Positions 15,367 to 26,657 of a DNA stretch of 64,000 nucleotides are shown here, one piece after another. Below the pieces are notes generated by a model that had not been told where the DNA came from, did no database searches, and saw only the letters and a program-made list of their open reading frames with translations. Each line of letters begins with the position of its first letter. The first letter of the stretch is position 1. The stretch comes from Octopus sinensis. Lineage: Eukaryota. Location of the stretch: NCBI RefSeq assembly GCF_006345805.1, contig NC_042998.1:25606001-25670000 (forward strand), written 5' to 3'. The position numbers and the translations under genes were made by a program.

Positions 15367-17018
15367 AAGAATCATTCGTTTATGGTGGTGGTGGTGGTGG
15401 CGGTGGTAGTGGTGGTGGTGGCGGTGGTAGTGGTGGTGGTGATGGTGGTGGCAGTGGTGGTGGTGGTGGTGGTGACCATAACAGAGAGGCATTCTCAAGA
15501 TAGTCTGCAGTGGCCGTCAATGTTGCACATATCTATTACGATTTTATCCATTCGGTTTTTTTCTTTTTTTTTTTCAAATTTTAAATCAATCCATCATTCA
15601 TCCAGCTTCCCACTGTATTTAGTTTCGGCCTATAAATAAACGAAAACGTTTTGTAATTCTCTCTCAAAAATTCTATTTCATTTATTTCATAGTTAATAAA
15701 ATAAATACAGCAAATGCTTTTACAAACGTATGGTTTCCATTTCCATTTCTTTATCTCAACATCATATGTATCAACATGCATACAGTATGTGATCTACATA
15801 CGATTTTCTAATTTACTTACTTCTTATACAGCTTCTAATATTAGCTTTAGGTTGCTAAAATTGCTACTTCATTGACTTTTCAATCTCACTCATGGTTAGA
15901 GTTAACAGATTTACGTGTAACAAAAAAAAAAAAAAATTTAACTAATTATTTGTTTCATTCAGCTGCACAGAAAGAACGTAATCAGAATATCTTTTGATTG
16001 AGATAATTTTCCCGAAGTGTTTGAGAATACCTAACTCTGTGAAACTTATTTTGGATCTTTGTACGATTCTCCATGAGGAAATATTATCTCTATAAAAATA
16101 ATCAATTAATTTCTATTTTTCCATTAACCAACTGGTGTTTTTTGCTCAATAAATTAATGTAACATACCAAAAAAACAAACAAAACCGAAATTGGGGAGGC
16201 AAAAATGGTGGAATTTCTTTGTATTTTTTTTATTTTATTATTATTATTTTTTTTTTTTTCATGTATCTTTTTAAAAGCTATTCTAACTTGATATCTGTTC
16301 TTGGTAAAGTAAATTGGAAGCAATTTCTTTCTTGCTGCTTTCTTACTGCATAGTGTTATTATTATTATTTTTATATATTTTATTTCTGACTGAATTACTG
16401 AGATTATTCTTACTATACATACACACACACACACATGTATACATATATATATGTATATATGTATGATGTATATATATATACACACACATATATATATAGT
16501 CATATATATATTTATGCATGTGTATATATATATATACACATATATATCTTTATACATATGCGTATATACATCTGTATATATATGTATGTGTACATAAATA
16601 TATATATATGTGTATATATATGTATGTATAATGCATATATACATACGTGTGTGTGTGTGTGTGCGTATACATACACACACCTGTGGCAAGTAAACAATGT
16701 AATTGGAATTCATGAAGGAGAATTTTGTAAGCTGATCTCAGATATATTTATAATGCAACAGAAGTGAGCGAAAACTCTGATCATGAGAAGTAACCTGCAA
16801 TCACTATCACAATCGTATTTAAAACGGGAAACAAACAAAAGTAAATTTTTTTTTCCCAGCATTGAAATTCCTTTTAGTAATCTTGTTGAAACATTGAACT
16901 GATATTCCATACAATTATTTTACTTTCCTGATGGTTTTAGATAGACTGCTAAAATATCTTTATTTGGAATGTTTTCTGTGGAACATTTGCATTCTTTTAA
17001 TGATCTATGTGAATCGTT

Positions 17019-17590
17019 CATCATCGTTTAACGTCCGCTTTCCATGCTAGCATGGGGTGGACGATTTTGACTGAGGGCTGGCGAGCCAGATGGCTGCACC
17101 AGGCTCCAATCTTGATCTGTCAGAGTTTCTACAGGTGGATGCCCTTCCTAATGCCAACCACTCCGAGAGTGCAGTGGGTGCTTTTTACGTGTCACCAGCA
17201 TGGGTGCCAGTCAGGCAGTACTGGCAATGAAAGGTGGCAAGCTGGCAGAACCGTTAGCGTGGCAGGCAAAATGCGTAGCCGTATTTCATCTGCCGTTATG
17301 TTCTGAGTTAAAATATCGCCGAGGTCAGCTTTGCCTTTCATCCTTTCGGGATCAATAAATTAAGTACCAGTTACGCACTGGGGTCGATATAATTGACTTA
17401 ATCCATTTGTCTGTCCTTGTTTGTCCCTTCTGTGTTTAGCCCCTTGTGGGTAGTAAAGAAATAGGTACTGGCAATGACCTCGCTCGAATCTTTTTACAAG
17501 TGCCACCGGCACAGGTGCCAGTGAAGCGTCATTGGTAACGATCATGCTCGAATAGTGCCCTTTTACGTGCCACAGGTATGGAAGCCAGTT
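17019..17590 (-). mobile_element. SINE family D (RTE-like 3' tail ccaacccatgctagcatggaaa...gacgttaaacgatgatg), interrupted by a family A SINE
   Basis: catcatcgtttaacgtccgctttccatgctagcatgg...ggatgcccttcctaatgccaaccactccgagag. Confidence 0.8.
17231..17464 (+). mobile_element. SINE family A with 13-bp TSD
   Basis: gtactggcaatga is duplicated at 17218-17230 and 17465-17477. Confidence 0.9.
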
Positions 17591-17992
17591 GGCTGCTCTA
17601 AACTTATGATGTTATGATGAACTAGCAATAATATATCATTATAAAATCCATTTTACCAATGTAAGGTTTGGTGAGATAAAAGTATCTCACTTAACCTCAA
17701 TTTTAACTGTCTGCTTTGTTAATTGTTTACGACAAGTGAAAGTAAAGTAAACCAAAAGAATAAGAGTAGAATTTTGATTTTACTGTTATTCTCTTTGGTA
17801 ACTATTCTTAAGCTCCTGTTGTTACCAAATATTTACTTGAATGCATTTTTTTTTCTACTTAACTTTATTACATAAGGAAATATACAATGTTGTTATATTT
17901 TACTTTTTGTCTGGTAAGTTGCAGATCAGAAATCGTTTATGAAATGGTTGAAACTAGATTGTCTTGTTTTTTCTATCAAATAGTTCCACGAG

Positions 17993-18328
17993 TGTGATCA
18001 TTGACAGAGCAGCTAACCGGCTTCCATGCCAGTGGCACTTAAAAGGCACCATTCGAGCATGATCGTTACTAGTGTCGCCTTACTGGCACATGTGCTGGTG
18101 GCATGTTTAAAAAGATTCAAGCAAGGTCGTTGCCAGTACCACCTGACTGGCCCCATGTTGGTGGCACTTAAAAAGCATCCACTACACTCTCGGAGTGGTT
18201 GGCGTTAGGAAGGGCATCCACCTGTAGAAACCTCACCAGATCAAGATTGAAGCCTGGTGCAGCCATCTAGTTCGCCAGCCCTCAGTCAAAATCGTCCAAC
18301 CCATGCTAGCATGGAAAGATGATGATGA
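17993..18328 (+). mobile_element. SINE family D
   Basis: cactacactctcggagtggttggcgttaggaagggcatcc...ccaacccatgctagcatggaaagatgatgatg. Confidence 0.8.
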
Positions 18329-19555
18329 CATCTAGGTTGCATTATAAGAATATAAATCACCCCTAGTATTTGACTGGTACATTATTTTTATCAACACCCT
18401 GATGGATAAAAGCGAAGTTAATCTCAGTGAGATTTGACCACAGCATGTAAAGGACCATAAATAAATAAGCGCTGTGTGTCTGACATTCTAACAATTTTTG
18501 CCAATCCATCACCAATCTGTTTGCCAAGAAGATAACTCCGCAATCATTTTTATGTGGCATTCCATGAAAAGTTGTGAGCCATAACTCTGAATAATTCAAA
18601 GTGGAGGTTCTAAGGAAAAGTGAATTTCTTTGCAGTTTAACATCACTAGCTGCTGATTTTGATCTAGGGAAAATAGTTTCATAGATAACAGAGCTTAATG
18701 CTTAGAATGTTATTGCATCATAATCAATATAATAAATGTTGTCATTGTTATTTTTGTAGTCAAACTCCCTGTATTAACAAACACTGAATGCATTGCTAAA
18801 TAAGAAAAAAATATTATCAGAAGTATAAAGTGTGATAGATACTTAAATGTGATAACATGTCAGAAAACATTATCAGCGTGAGCTAATAAAGGGATTTTTC
18901 TATATAATTGTTTGATGTGCCAATATTACAGCAGAAGAATCTCCTTCCTTATCATCTTGAAAAGCAGAACTACAAACATGATGCTAAACTCTTAGGATAA
19001 TATATTCAACATAAAGGCAGGGTGACCGTGATTAGATGCTAATAAAACAATAACATTTGATTCACACCATGGATGTACTAGACATTATACATTTTTCCTC
19101 ATCTTCTCATTCTGTAACAGGAAGATCAAACAGACCATGGCATCAGTGTAATGCAAATATTATCATGAATCGTTGCACTTGAGATGCAACTCACTAACCA
19201 TATCCTGCAAATATTAAAGTGTCTAGTGTGGTTGGTGTCACAAAATACGCAGTATGTGTTAAAACATACACCAAACTGTTTCAGTAAAATGCAAAAGGTT
19301 TTTCCTTAAGAAAAAATATTCAAATTTTAAAATGAGTTGCAAGGTGAGCAGAGCACCAGCACAAAATATTCACTAAGCAAAAACCCTTGCCACAACCCAT
19401 CGAAATTACCAACATTTCCGAATGTAATTTCTTCTAGTTCTCTGTTTGGTTACAATGACAAAGGGTTCTGTTTGATTTGGTCAATAGAACAACCAGCTCA
19501 TGAAATTAACATGCAAGTGGCTGAGCCCTCCACAGACATGTGTACCCTAAATATA

Positions 19556-19652
19556 TTGGATTGTCCGGAAAGTTCGTGCCAATTATAGCTTACCTTTTGA
19601 CTTATTTTAGAACATGGTTGAGTCCATAAAATAGGATTTGACTACATCTCCA
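19556..19652 (+). mobile_element. mariner left-end fragment (TIR plus 5' UTR)
   Basis: TA|ttggattgtccggaaagttcgtgccaatt...; near-identical to 19826-19925. Confidence 0.85.
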
Positions 19653-19825
19653 AAAAATATCCATGAAATACATATATCAAAATAAATAGATATTGCTCAG
19701 CAATAAGCTTGCCTTTCATGCTATTAGTAGAAGAAAGTTGTATCAAATAGTGTTGCTGCTTTTTATTCACATTCATGAGAGAACACCAGGGTTGTCACAA
19801 AATGGTATCAAATCAAAATGAAGTA

Positions 19826-20380
19826 TTGGGTTGTCCGGAAAGTTCGTACCAATTTATAGTAGCTTACATTTCGACTTATTTTAGAACATGGTTGAGTCCA
19901 TAAAATAGGATTTGACTACACCTCCATTTAGAGCACAGTTTAAGCTATCTTTTCGTGGAAGACGGTTTATGTTCCTATAATCTGTGTTAATTTTATAACC
20001 TTTTAAAATGGAAGATAAGAAAGTTCATTTTCGGCACTTGATGCTTTGGGAACCAGACAAAAATTGCTGGGATGTATTACCCCACCCTCCATATTCACCA
20101 GATATTGCTCCTTTGGATTTCCACTTATTCAGGTCTCTGCAGAATAGTCTTAAGGATAAAATTTCAATTCCTTGGATGACGTAAAAAAGATACCTTGATG
20201 AATTCTTTGCCATGAAACCACCTCAATTCTGGGAAGAGGGTATTTTCAAGTTAAAGGAAAGATAGAGACGCATTGTGCAACAAAATGTTTCATATTTGGT
20301 TGATTAAAAATGTAATGGCAAGTATTTATTGACCTTTTTCTTTCCTTTAAAAATCGGCACAAACTTTCCGGACAACCCAA
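19826..20380 (+). mobile_element. Internally deleted mariner transposon (555 bp, both TIRs)
   Basis: TIRs ttgggttgtccggaaagttcgtaccaattt / aaatcggcacaaactttccggacaacccaa; TA on the left, TG on the right. ORF relic 20008-20307: MEDKKVHFRHLMLWE fused to WDVLPHPPYSPDIAPLDFHLFRSLQNSL...FWEEGIFKLKER; YSPDLAP-type motif; one frameshift and one stop. Confidence 0.93.
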
Positions 20381-20856
20381 TGGTTATCAGTGAGATTCAA
20401 AGTGACATGGAATATGACAAGGCTGGCCCTTTTGAATTACAGGTACTCCTCAATTTTTGTCAACTGAGTGGACAGGAGCAATGAGAAATAAAGTGTCCAG
20501 CATGGGAACACAATGCACCACTGGGAATTGAACTCATGGCTTTATGATCATAAACCAAATACTCTAACCACTAAGCTACATGGCTCCACAGGATGTAATT
20601 ACTACACAGTAGAAATGTCAAATAAAATCCATTCTCCCTCCCTCTCTCTGTCAAAAATAACGAAGAAAAAAGAAACTGCAATACCATTATTGTAATACTC
20701 TCCTTATCAGTATATCGACGTCCAAAATAATTAACGAAAAACGGGCCCTTTATGTACTGGTCTGAAGCACTAGAAATAGCAGCCAAATTTCCTTCTCTTT
20801 CCAATCATACCCTATAATCATGAAAAGAGGAGACCTTAAGATATGTATATCCAGGA

Positions 20857-21295
20857 TAATATACTTTTCTACTCCAGGCACAAGACCCGAAATTTTGAGG
20901 AGGGAGCCAGTCGATTACATCGACCCCAGTGCACAACTGGTACTTAATTTATTGATCCCAAAAGGATGAAAGGCAATGTCAACCTCAGCAGAATTTGAAC
21001 TCAGAATATAAAAACAGATGAAATACTGCAAAGCATTTTGCCCAGCATGCTAATGTTTCTTATTTCTTTATTGCCCACAATGGGCAAAACATAGAGAGGA
21101 CAAACAAGGACAGACATAGGTATTAAGTCGATTACATCGACCCCAGTGCGTAACTGGTACTTAATTTATCGACCCTAAAAGGATGAAAGGCAAAGTCGAC
21201 CTCGGCAGAATCTGAACTCAGAACGTAACGGTAGACGAAATACCGCTAAGCATTTCTCCCTGTGTGCCAACGTTTCTGCCAGCTAGCTGCCTGAA
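20857..21295 (-). mobile_element. Two tandem SINE family A copies
   Basis: Two gaaaggca...gaactcagaa bodies in succession. Confidence 0.85.
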
Positions 21296-21990
21296 CCAGC
21301 ATCTTTATTAATAAAAGAATGTAAGGAAGGAGCATTTATGTGACTACTTGACCTACTAGAAATAGCAGCCAAATGTCACTCCTATCATACTTTATTTTCA
21401 TAAGAAGGGAAGATGACAAGACCATGTTGTTTATCGTATGAGTGATAGCATGACTTAATTTGCTATTTGCAGGTTTAAATGTGAAGCAGTTTTAAATGGT
21501 TTCTCCATACAATCTACATACAATGTTTTGACCAGCACACAAAAAAAAGTCTTTCTCAAATATCAGGTTTCACTAACACAAAGAAAAAGTACATGGCTAT
21601 AAAACAGATCCAGAATGATAAAGTTAATCCTGGAGTTATTATTCCCCAAACAAAAACGGATCTCAACCGACTGTACAGCACTTGAAATTCTTCTTGTTTT
21701 AGCAATTGTTGTTGATATTGCTGTTGATGATGATGATGATGATGAAGACGATGCTGTCATCACTGCTGTCATCACTGCTGACAACATTGTTCTTGTTTAA
21801 TCCTCTTTGCCTTGCTTGAACAATCTTCTATAACATAAGTAAAAAATGGCTTAACCCTTTTCTTAATAAATATTTCTGTGGAAATGTATTGCCTTTGTTA
21901 TTCCTTTTACAGGTTTACCGAAATCTTTGTCAGTCTTGTTTTCCTGGTTCTTCCATTCACAGTACAATTTCTGTGATTAAATAAGTTTAA

Positions 21991-22424
21991 CCCTTTTGTT
22001 GCCAAATTTCTGTTGAACTACATTGATTTTTCGTTTTTGGATTTGGTTTGCAAGATTCTTCATATGAGTTCGTGTGTGGAAGTATATTCTATTGTGTCTG
22101 GGGAGAGTCATTTTCTTTTTGTGCCTTATAGTATAACACACTCACTGGTAAAATTTCCACTTTTTCATATTTTTATTTTCCTAAAATTTTTGTTGCGTCT
22201 TGCAAAGCACAAAAAGAAAATGACTCTCTACAGATGCAACAGAATACATTGATTTTGTTTTAATTAATTTTAAAAATAATTAAGAATTTGGTAAAATAAA
22301 TTTATCATCGTCAATCTGGTGTTTGGAAAATAAATTGATATGAAATTTTGTTTGAGTGCTTTGATTTAGATCCCTTTGTATCACCAAACCAGGGGTGGTC
22401 TCAGGCCAGTTCATATCAAAAGGG
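21991..22424. mobile_element. piggyBac-type MITE (434 bp)
   Basis: TTAA|cccttttgttg ... tatcaaaaggg|TTAA (TTAA at 21987-21990 and 22425-22428). Confidence 0.8.
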
Positions 22425-22709
22425 TTAATGAGTACACTAAGTAAAGTTCATGAACGATTTCCTAAATGATTAGATTTGATGGTTATATTTTGGTTATTCG
22501 TATTTCCAAGTCTATGAAGTGCTTATGATTTTCTCAAGGTGCACTTGTGGCAGTGTGGTAACAAATTTGCTTCCCAGCCACACAGTGCAAAGTTCAGTCT
22601 CACTGTGTAGCACCTTCTTCTATAACCTCGGGCTATCCAAAGCCTTGTGGGTGGATTTGGTAGATGGAAACTAAAAGAAGCCTGTCGTATATATATATAT
22701 ATATATTAT

Positions 22710-23115
22710 ATACTCTTTTTTACTCTTTTACTTGTTTCAGTCATTTGACTGCGGCCATGCTGGAGCACTGCCTTTAATCAAGCAACTCGCCCCCGGGACT
22801 TATTCTTTTTTGTAAGCCCAGTACTTATTCTATCGGTCTCTTTTGTCAAACCGTTAAGTAACGGGGACATAAACACACCAGCATCGGTTGTCAAGCAATG
22901 CTAGGGGGACAAACAGACACACAAACACACACACATACATATATATACATATACGACAGGCTTCTTTCAGTTTCCGTCTACCAAATCCACTCACAAGGCA
23001 TTGGTCGGCCCGGGGCTATAGCAGAAGACACTTGCTCAAGGTGCCACGCAGTGGGACTGAACCCGGAACCATGTGGTTGGTTAGCAAGTTACTTACCACA
23101 GAGTCACTCCTGCGC
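22710..23115 (-). mobile_element. SINE family B, full length
   Basis: ttttacttgtttcagtcatttgactgcggccatgctgg...ccacagagtcactcctgcgcct; separate + strand head fragment at 22540-22690. Confidence 0.85.
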
Positions 23116-23150
23116 CTATATATATATATGTAATCACATGAGTATCATTA

Positions 23151-23326
23151 GTGGTTTTCTTCCTCCGTCTTCCCTTCATTTGGACTTTCCTCTATTCCTG
23201 AAGAAGAGCTTGGCTTAAAACGTTAAATCCGCTTCCCTTCTTTTCCTGAGCATCTGATAATACAGTACTTGTACCACGTCCTCGTATTATTTTTCTTCTT
23301 GTTTGTTCTTCCTTGTTTGGATTCAC
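23151..23326 (+). mobile_element. Penelope-like pLTR-derived element, family H1, with decayed hammerhead
   Basis: Homologous to 41380-41561; ctgaaga-a-gagc-ttg-gctt-aaaa-cgtt (G12 lost); ends in (TA)n. Confidence 0.65.
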
Positions 23327-23349
23327 TATATATATATATATATATATAT

Positions 23350-23540
23350 CAGTCTCCATGATAGATCATTAGCCACTACACACATTTTTTCTCTCCTTGT
23401 TTTTTCTGTGTCCCTTTCTGTAGAAGAGCATAGACTCGAAACATAAAAGAATTTTTCTATTCCTGAGCATTATACTAATACATCTGTTTGTTTTGTACAC
23501 CACCTGTCTTCGTCTTTTGTTTTTTCTTGTAAACTCTCCC
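23350..23540 (+). mobile_element. Penelope-like pLTR-derived element, family H2, with hammerhead-like motif
   Basis: cttt-ctgtaga-a-gagc-atag-actc-gaa-acat-a-aaag at 23414-23449; (TA)n on both sides. Confidence 0.65.
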
Positions 23541-23755
23541 TATATATATATATATATAATATAAATGTATATAATTTAGAGAAAAACCACTATTAAACAA
23601 TTCAATAAAGAAAGATGTTATTCACACCATATAGAAAACATATACTATAAAAAAAACCTTATTTTAAATCAATAAAGTACAACAAATAGTAAATAGTAGT
23701 AGTAGTATTAGTAGTAGTATACTCCCTACTACTATTATTATAATATTTATATATA

Positions 23756-23791
<36 letters not shown>

Positions 23792-24105
23792 TGTATGTAT
23801 GTATATGTATATATATATATATTTTCTTTGCTGCCGTTCATGAATCAACAACTCGCTCACTCATTCTTTATTGAATCAACAGCTAAGTTATTGCTATTAT
23901 TATTCAAATGTGACTAAGTCAATGAATCAAGAATTCCCCTATTTCTTTCAATATCTAGTTGCCAAGGCCACACGTAATTTCATTTCATTTCAATTTCTGC
24001 CAGACTCCCACTACCATTGGAAAATGCTTCTGCAATAAATTTAACGATTAAAATGTACACATATATTAATTTAGTATTAATGGTTTAATGATGATAATAA
24101 TGATG

Positions 24106-24169
<64 letters not shown>

Positions 24170-24225
24170 TAATCATCATCATCTGTGGAACATTTGCATT
24201 CTTTTAATGATTTATGTGAATCGTT

Positions 24226-24560
24226 CATCATCGTTTAACGTCCGTTTTCCATGTTAGCATGGGTTGGACGGTTCAACTGGGGTCTGGGAAGCCCGAAGGC
24301 TGCGCCAGACCCAGTCTGATCTGGCAGTGTTTCTACAGCTGGATGCCCTTCCTAAAGCCAACCACTCCATGAGTGTAGTGGGTGCTTTTTACATGCCACC
24401 TGCACAGGTGCCAGACAAGGCTGTCAAACGGCCACGATCAGATGGTGCTTTTTACAAGCCACCGGCACCGAGGCCAGTCGGGGTGGTGCTGGCAATGGCC
24501 ACGTTCGGATGGTTCTCTCACGTGCCACCGGCACTGGTATCACAGCTACAATTTCCATTG
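24226..24560 (-). mobile_element. SINE family D
   Basis: catcatcgtttaacgtccgttttccatgttagcatgggttggacgg...ggcactggtatcacagctacaatttcc. Confidence 0.8.
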
Positions 24561-24950
24561 ATAATGATAATAATAATCATTAAATCTTACAGCTTTTCTT
24601 CTGAGCCCGTCTAGCTATGTGGTGTGTAAAATTTAGTTTGCACAAGGCCTGTACTCAATGTCCATTGAACACATGTGGTCATGAGTAAATATTCTCTTAC
24701 ATGATAACAGGTGAGGGTTCTCAACAGGAGGAATGTGCATCCATAAATAAAGCCTGCCTCAACAAATTCTGTTCAACCCATGCCAACATGGAAAAGTGGA
24801 TGATGAAACAATGATGGTAGTATTGATATATGGAATCAGCCAAGCTACAAGAATATTTCTTGCAATTGGTCTAAACACTGACATCATCATTGGCCAAAAG
24901 GTTTTATATGATGCAGAAATAGGCATTTAAACACACCCAAACGCCACCAC

Positions 24951-25205
24951 CCACATTGGCTTAGTGGTTAGGGTGTCAGCATCATGATCGTAAGATTGTG
25001 GTTTCCATTCCTGGACCAGGCGACACGTTGTGTTCTTGAGCAAAACACTTCATTTCACGTTGCTCCAGTCCACTCAGCTGGTAAAAATTAGTAACGCTGC
25101 GATGGACTGGCGTCCCGTCCAGCTGGGGAACACATACGCCATGGAAACCGGGGAAACTGGGTCAATGAGCCTGGCTAGGCTTTAAAAGGATGCATTTATT
25201 TATTT
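24951..25205 (+). mobile_element. tRNA-derived SINE (family C-related)
   Basis: A box tggcttagtggtt, B-box-like ggtttccattcc, body gcgatggactggcgtcccgtccag, (attt)n tail; an opposite-strand copy lies at 35060-35257. Confidence 0.75.
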
Positions 25206-26052
25206 TAAATGCCACAACCACACACAATCAAGATGGGCTTCTGTATAGTTTCCATTTATGAATTTCACTCACAAGGCACTAATCAACTTGAAACTATAGT
25301 TGAATGTATTTTTCATAGAAGGCATGCAATGGAATGGAACCTGAGAACATGAGACTAAAAAATTAACTTCATTACCACATAGCCATACCAGCAGCTTCCA
25401 ATGAAAATAAATCGTTACATCATTGTTATGGGTAGAAAATGGTTTGACCTCCTTAAGGTGTCAATAAAATATTATATAGCTATATGTTGCAACTAGCATT
25501 GTATTTCTTCAGAAAAAAAAGGAAAAAAACTCGATATTCTGCTTGTTTAAGTCACCCAAGCTGAAAAGAGGTGTTTTCTACTTAACAGTTGAATAACTGG
25601 TATTTTGGGAGGACATCAAGCTACAAATGACATGCTTCAGTAATTATATAAAATATCAAAATTTGTAGAACCACTCAACCATACAAACATATGATAATAT
25701 TGCAAAATATAAAAAAAAAACATCTAATCTTTGCACCTTTTTATTCATATTACTTTAATGGCAACACCATATTGGGTCTGGTTGAAGCTGCTTTCAGTCT
25801 GGTGAAAATCTAGTTTAAACAGATAACTATCATTTCACATAATCTGCTAAACTGGCAGGAAAGAAATTGACTAGTGAATCAGTTCAGTGTCCCTTCAACC
25901 CTTTCATCGCAGTATTTTCTAGTAAAATACACTGACTGTTTGTTTCATTAATTTTTAAAATAATCAACAATTTATTCAGATTTAGTAAACTGCCAAATTT
26001 TAAGCTGGTATTTCATATGAAAAAATTAAGCTGTTTGATATTGAACATACAC

Positions 26053-26145
26053 AGTCATGGCTGTGTGGTAAGAAGCTTGCTTCCCAAGCACATAGTTTCA
26101 GGGTCAGTCCCATTGTGTGGTACTTTGGTCAAGTGTCTTCTACAT

Positions 26146-26237
<92 letters not shown>

Positions 26238-26640
26238 GGAGTGGTTGTGTGGTAAGTAGCTTGCTAACCAACCACATGGTTCCAGGTTCAGTCCCACTGC
26301 GTGGCATCTTGGGCAAGTGTCTTCTGCTATAGCCTCGGGCCTACCAATGCCTTGTGAGTGGATTTGGCAGATGGAAACTGAAAGAAGCCTGTCATATATA
26401 TGTATATATATATGTATGTGTGTGTGTGTTTGTGTATCTGTGTTTGTCCCCCTAGCATTGCTTGACAACCGATGCTGGTGTGTTTATGTCCCCGTTACTT
26501 AGCGGTTCGGCAAAAGAGACCGATAGAATAAGTACTGGGCTTACAAAAGAATAATTCCCGGGGTCGATTTGCTCGACTAAAGGCAGTGCTCCAGCATGGC
26601 CACAGTCAAATGACTGAAACAAGTAAAAGAGTAAAAGAGT
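26053..26640 (+). mobile_element. SINE family B (head fragment, (TA)n, then full copy from 26237)
   Basis: gtcatggctgtgtggtaag at about 26055; ggagtggttgtgtggtaag at 26238 to gactgaaacaagtaaaagag. Confidence 0.85.
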
Positions 26641-26657
26641 ATATATATATATATATA

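Noticed and set aside
19120-19260. Exon with in-frame TGA (selenocysteine) after a good acceptor
   Set aside because: No selenoprotein motif, no SECIS identified, and other frames are closed; compatible with chance.
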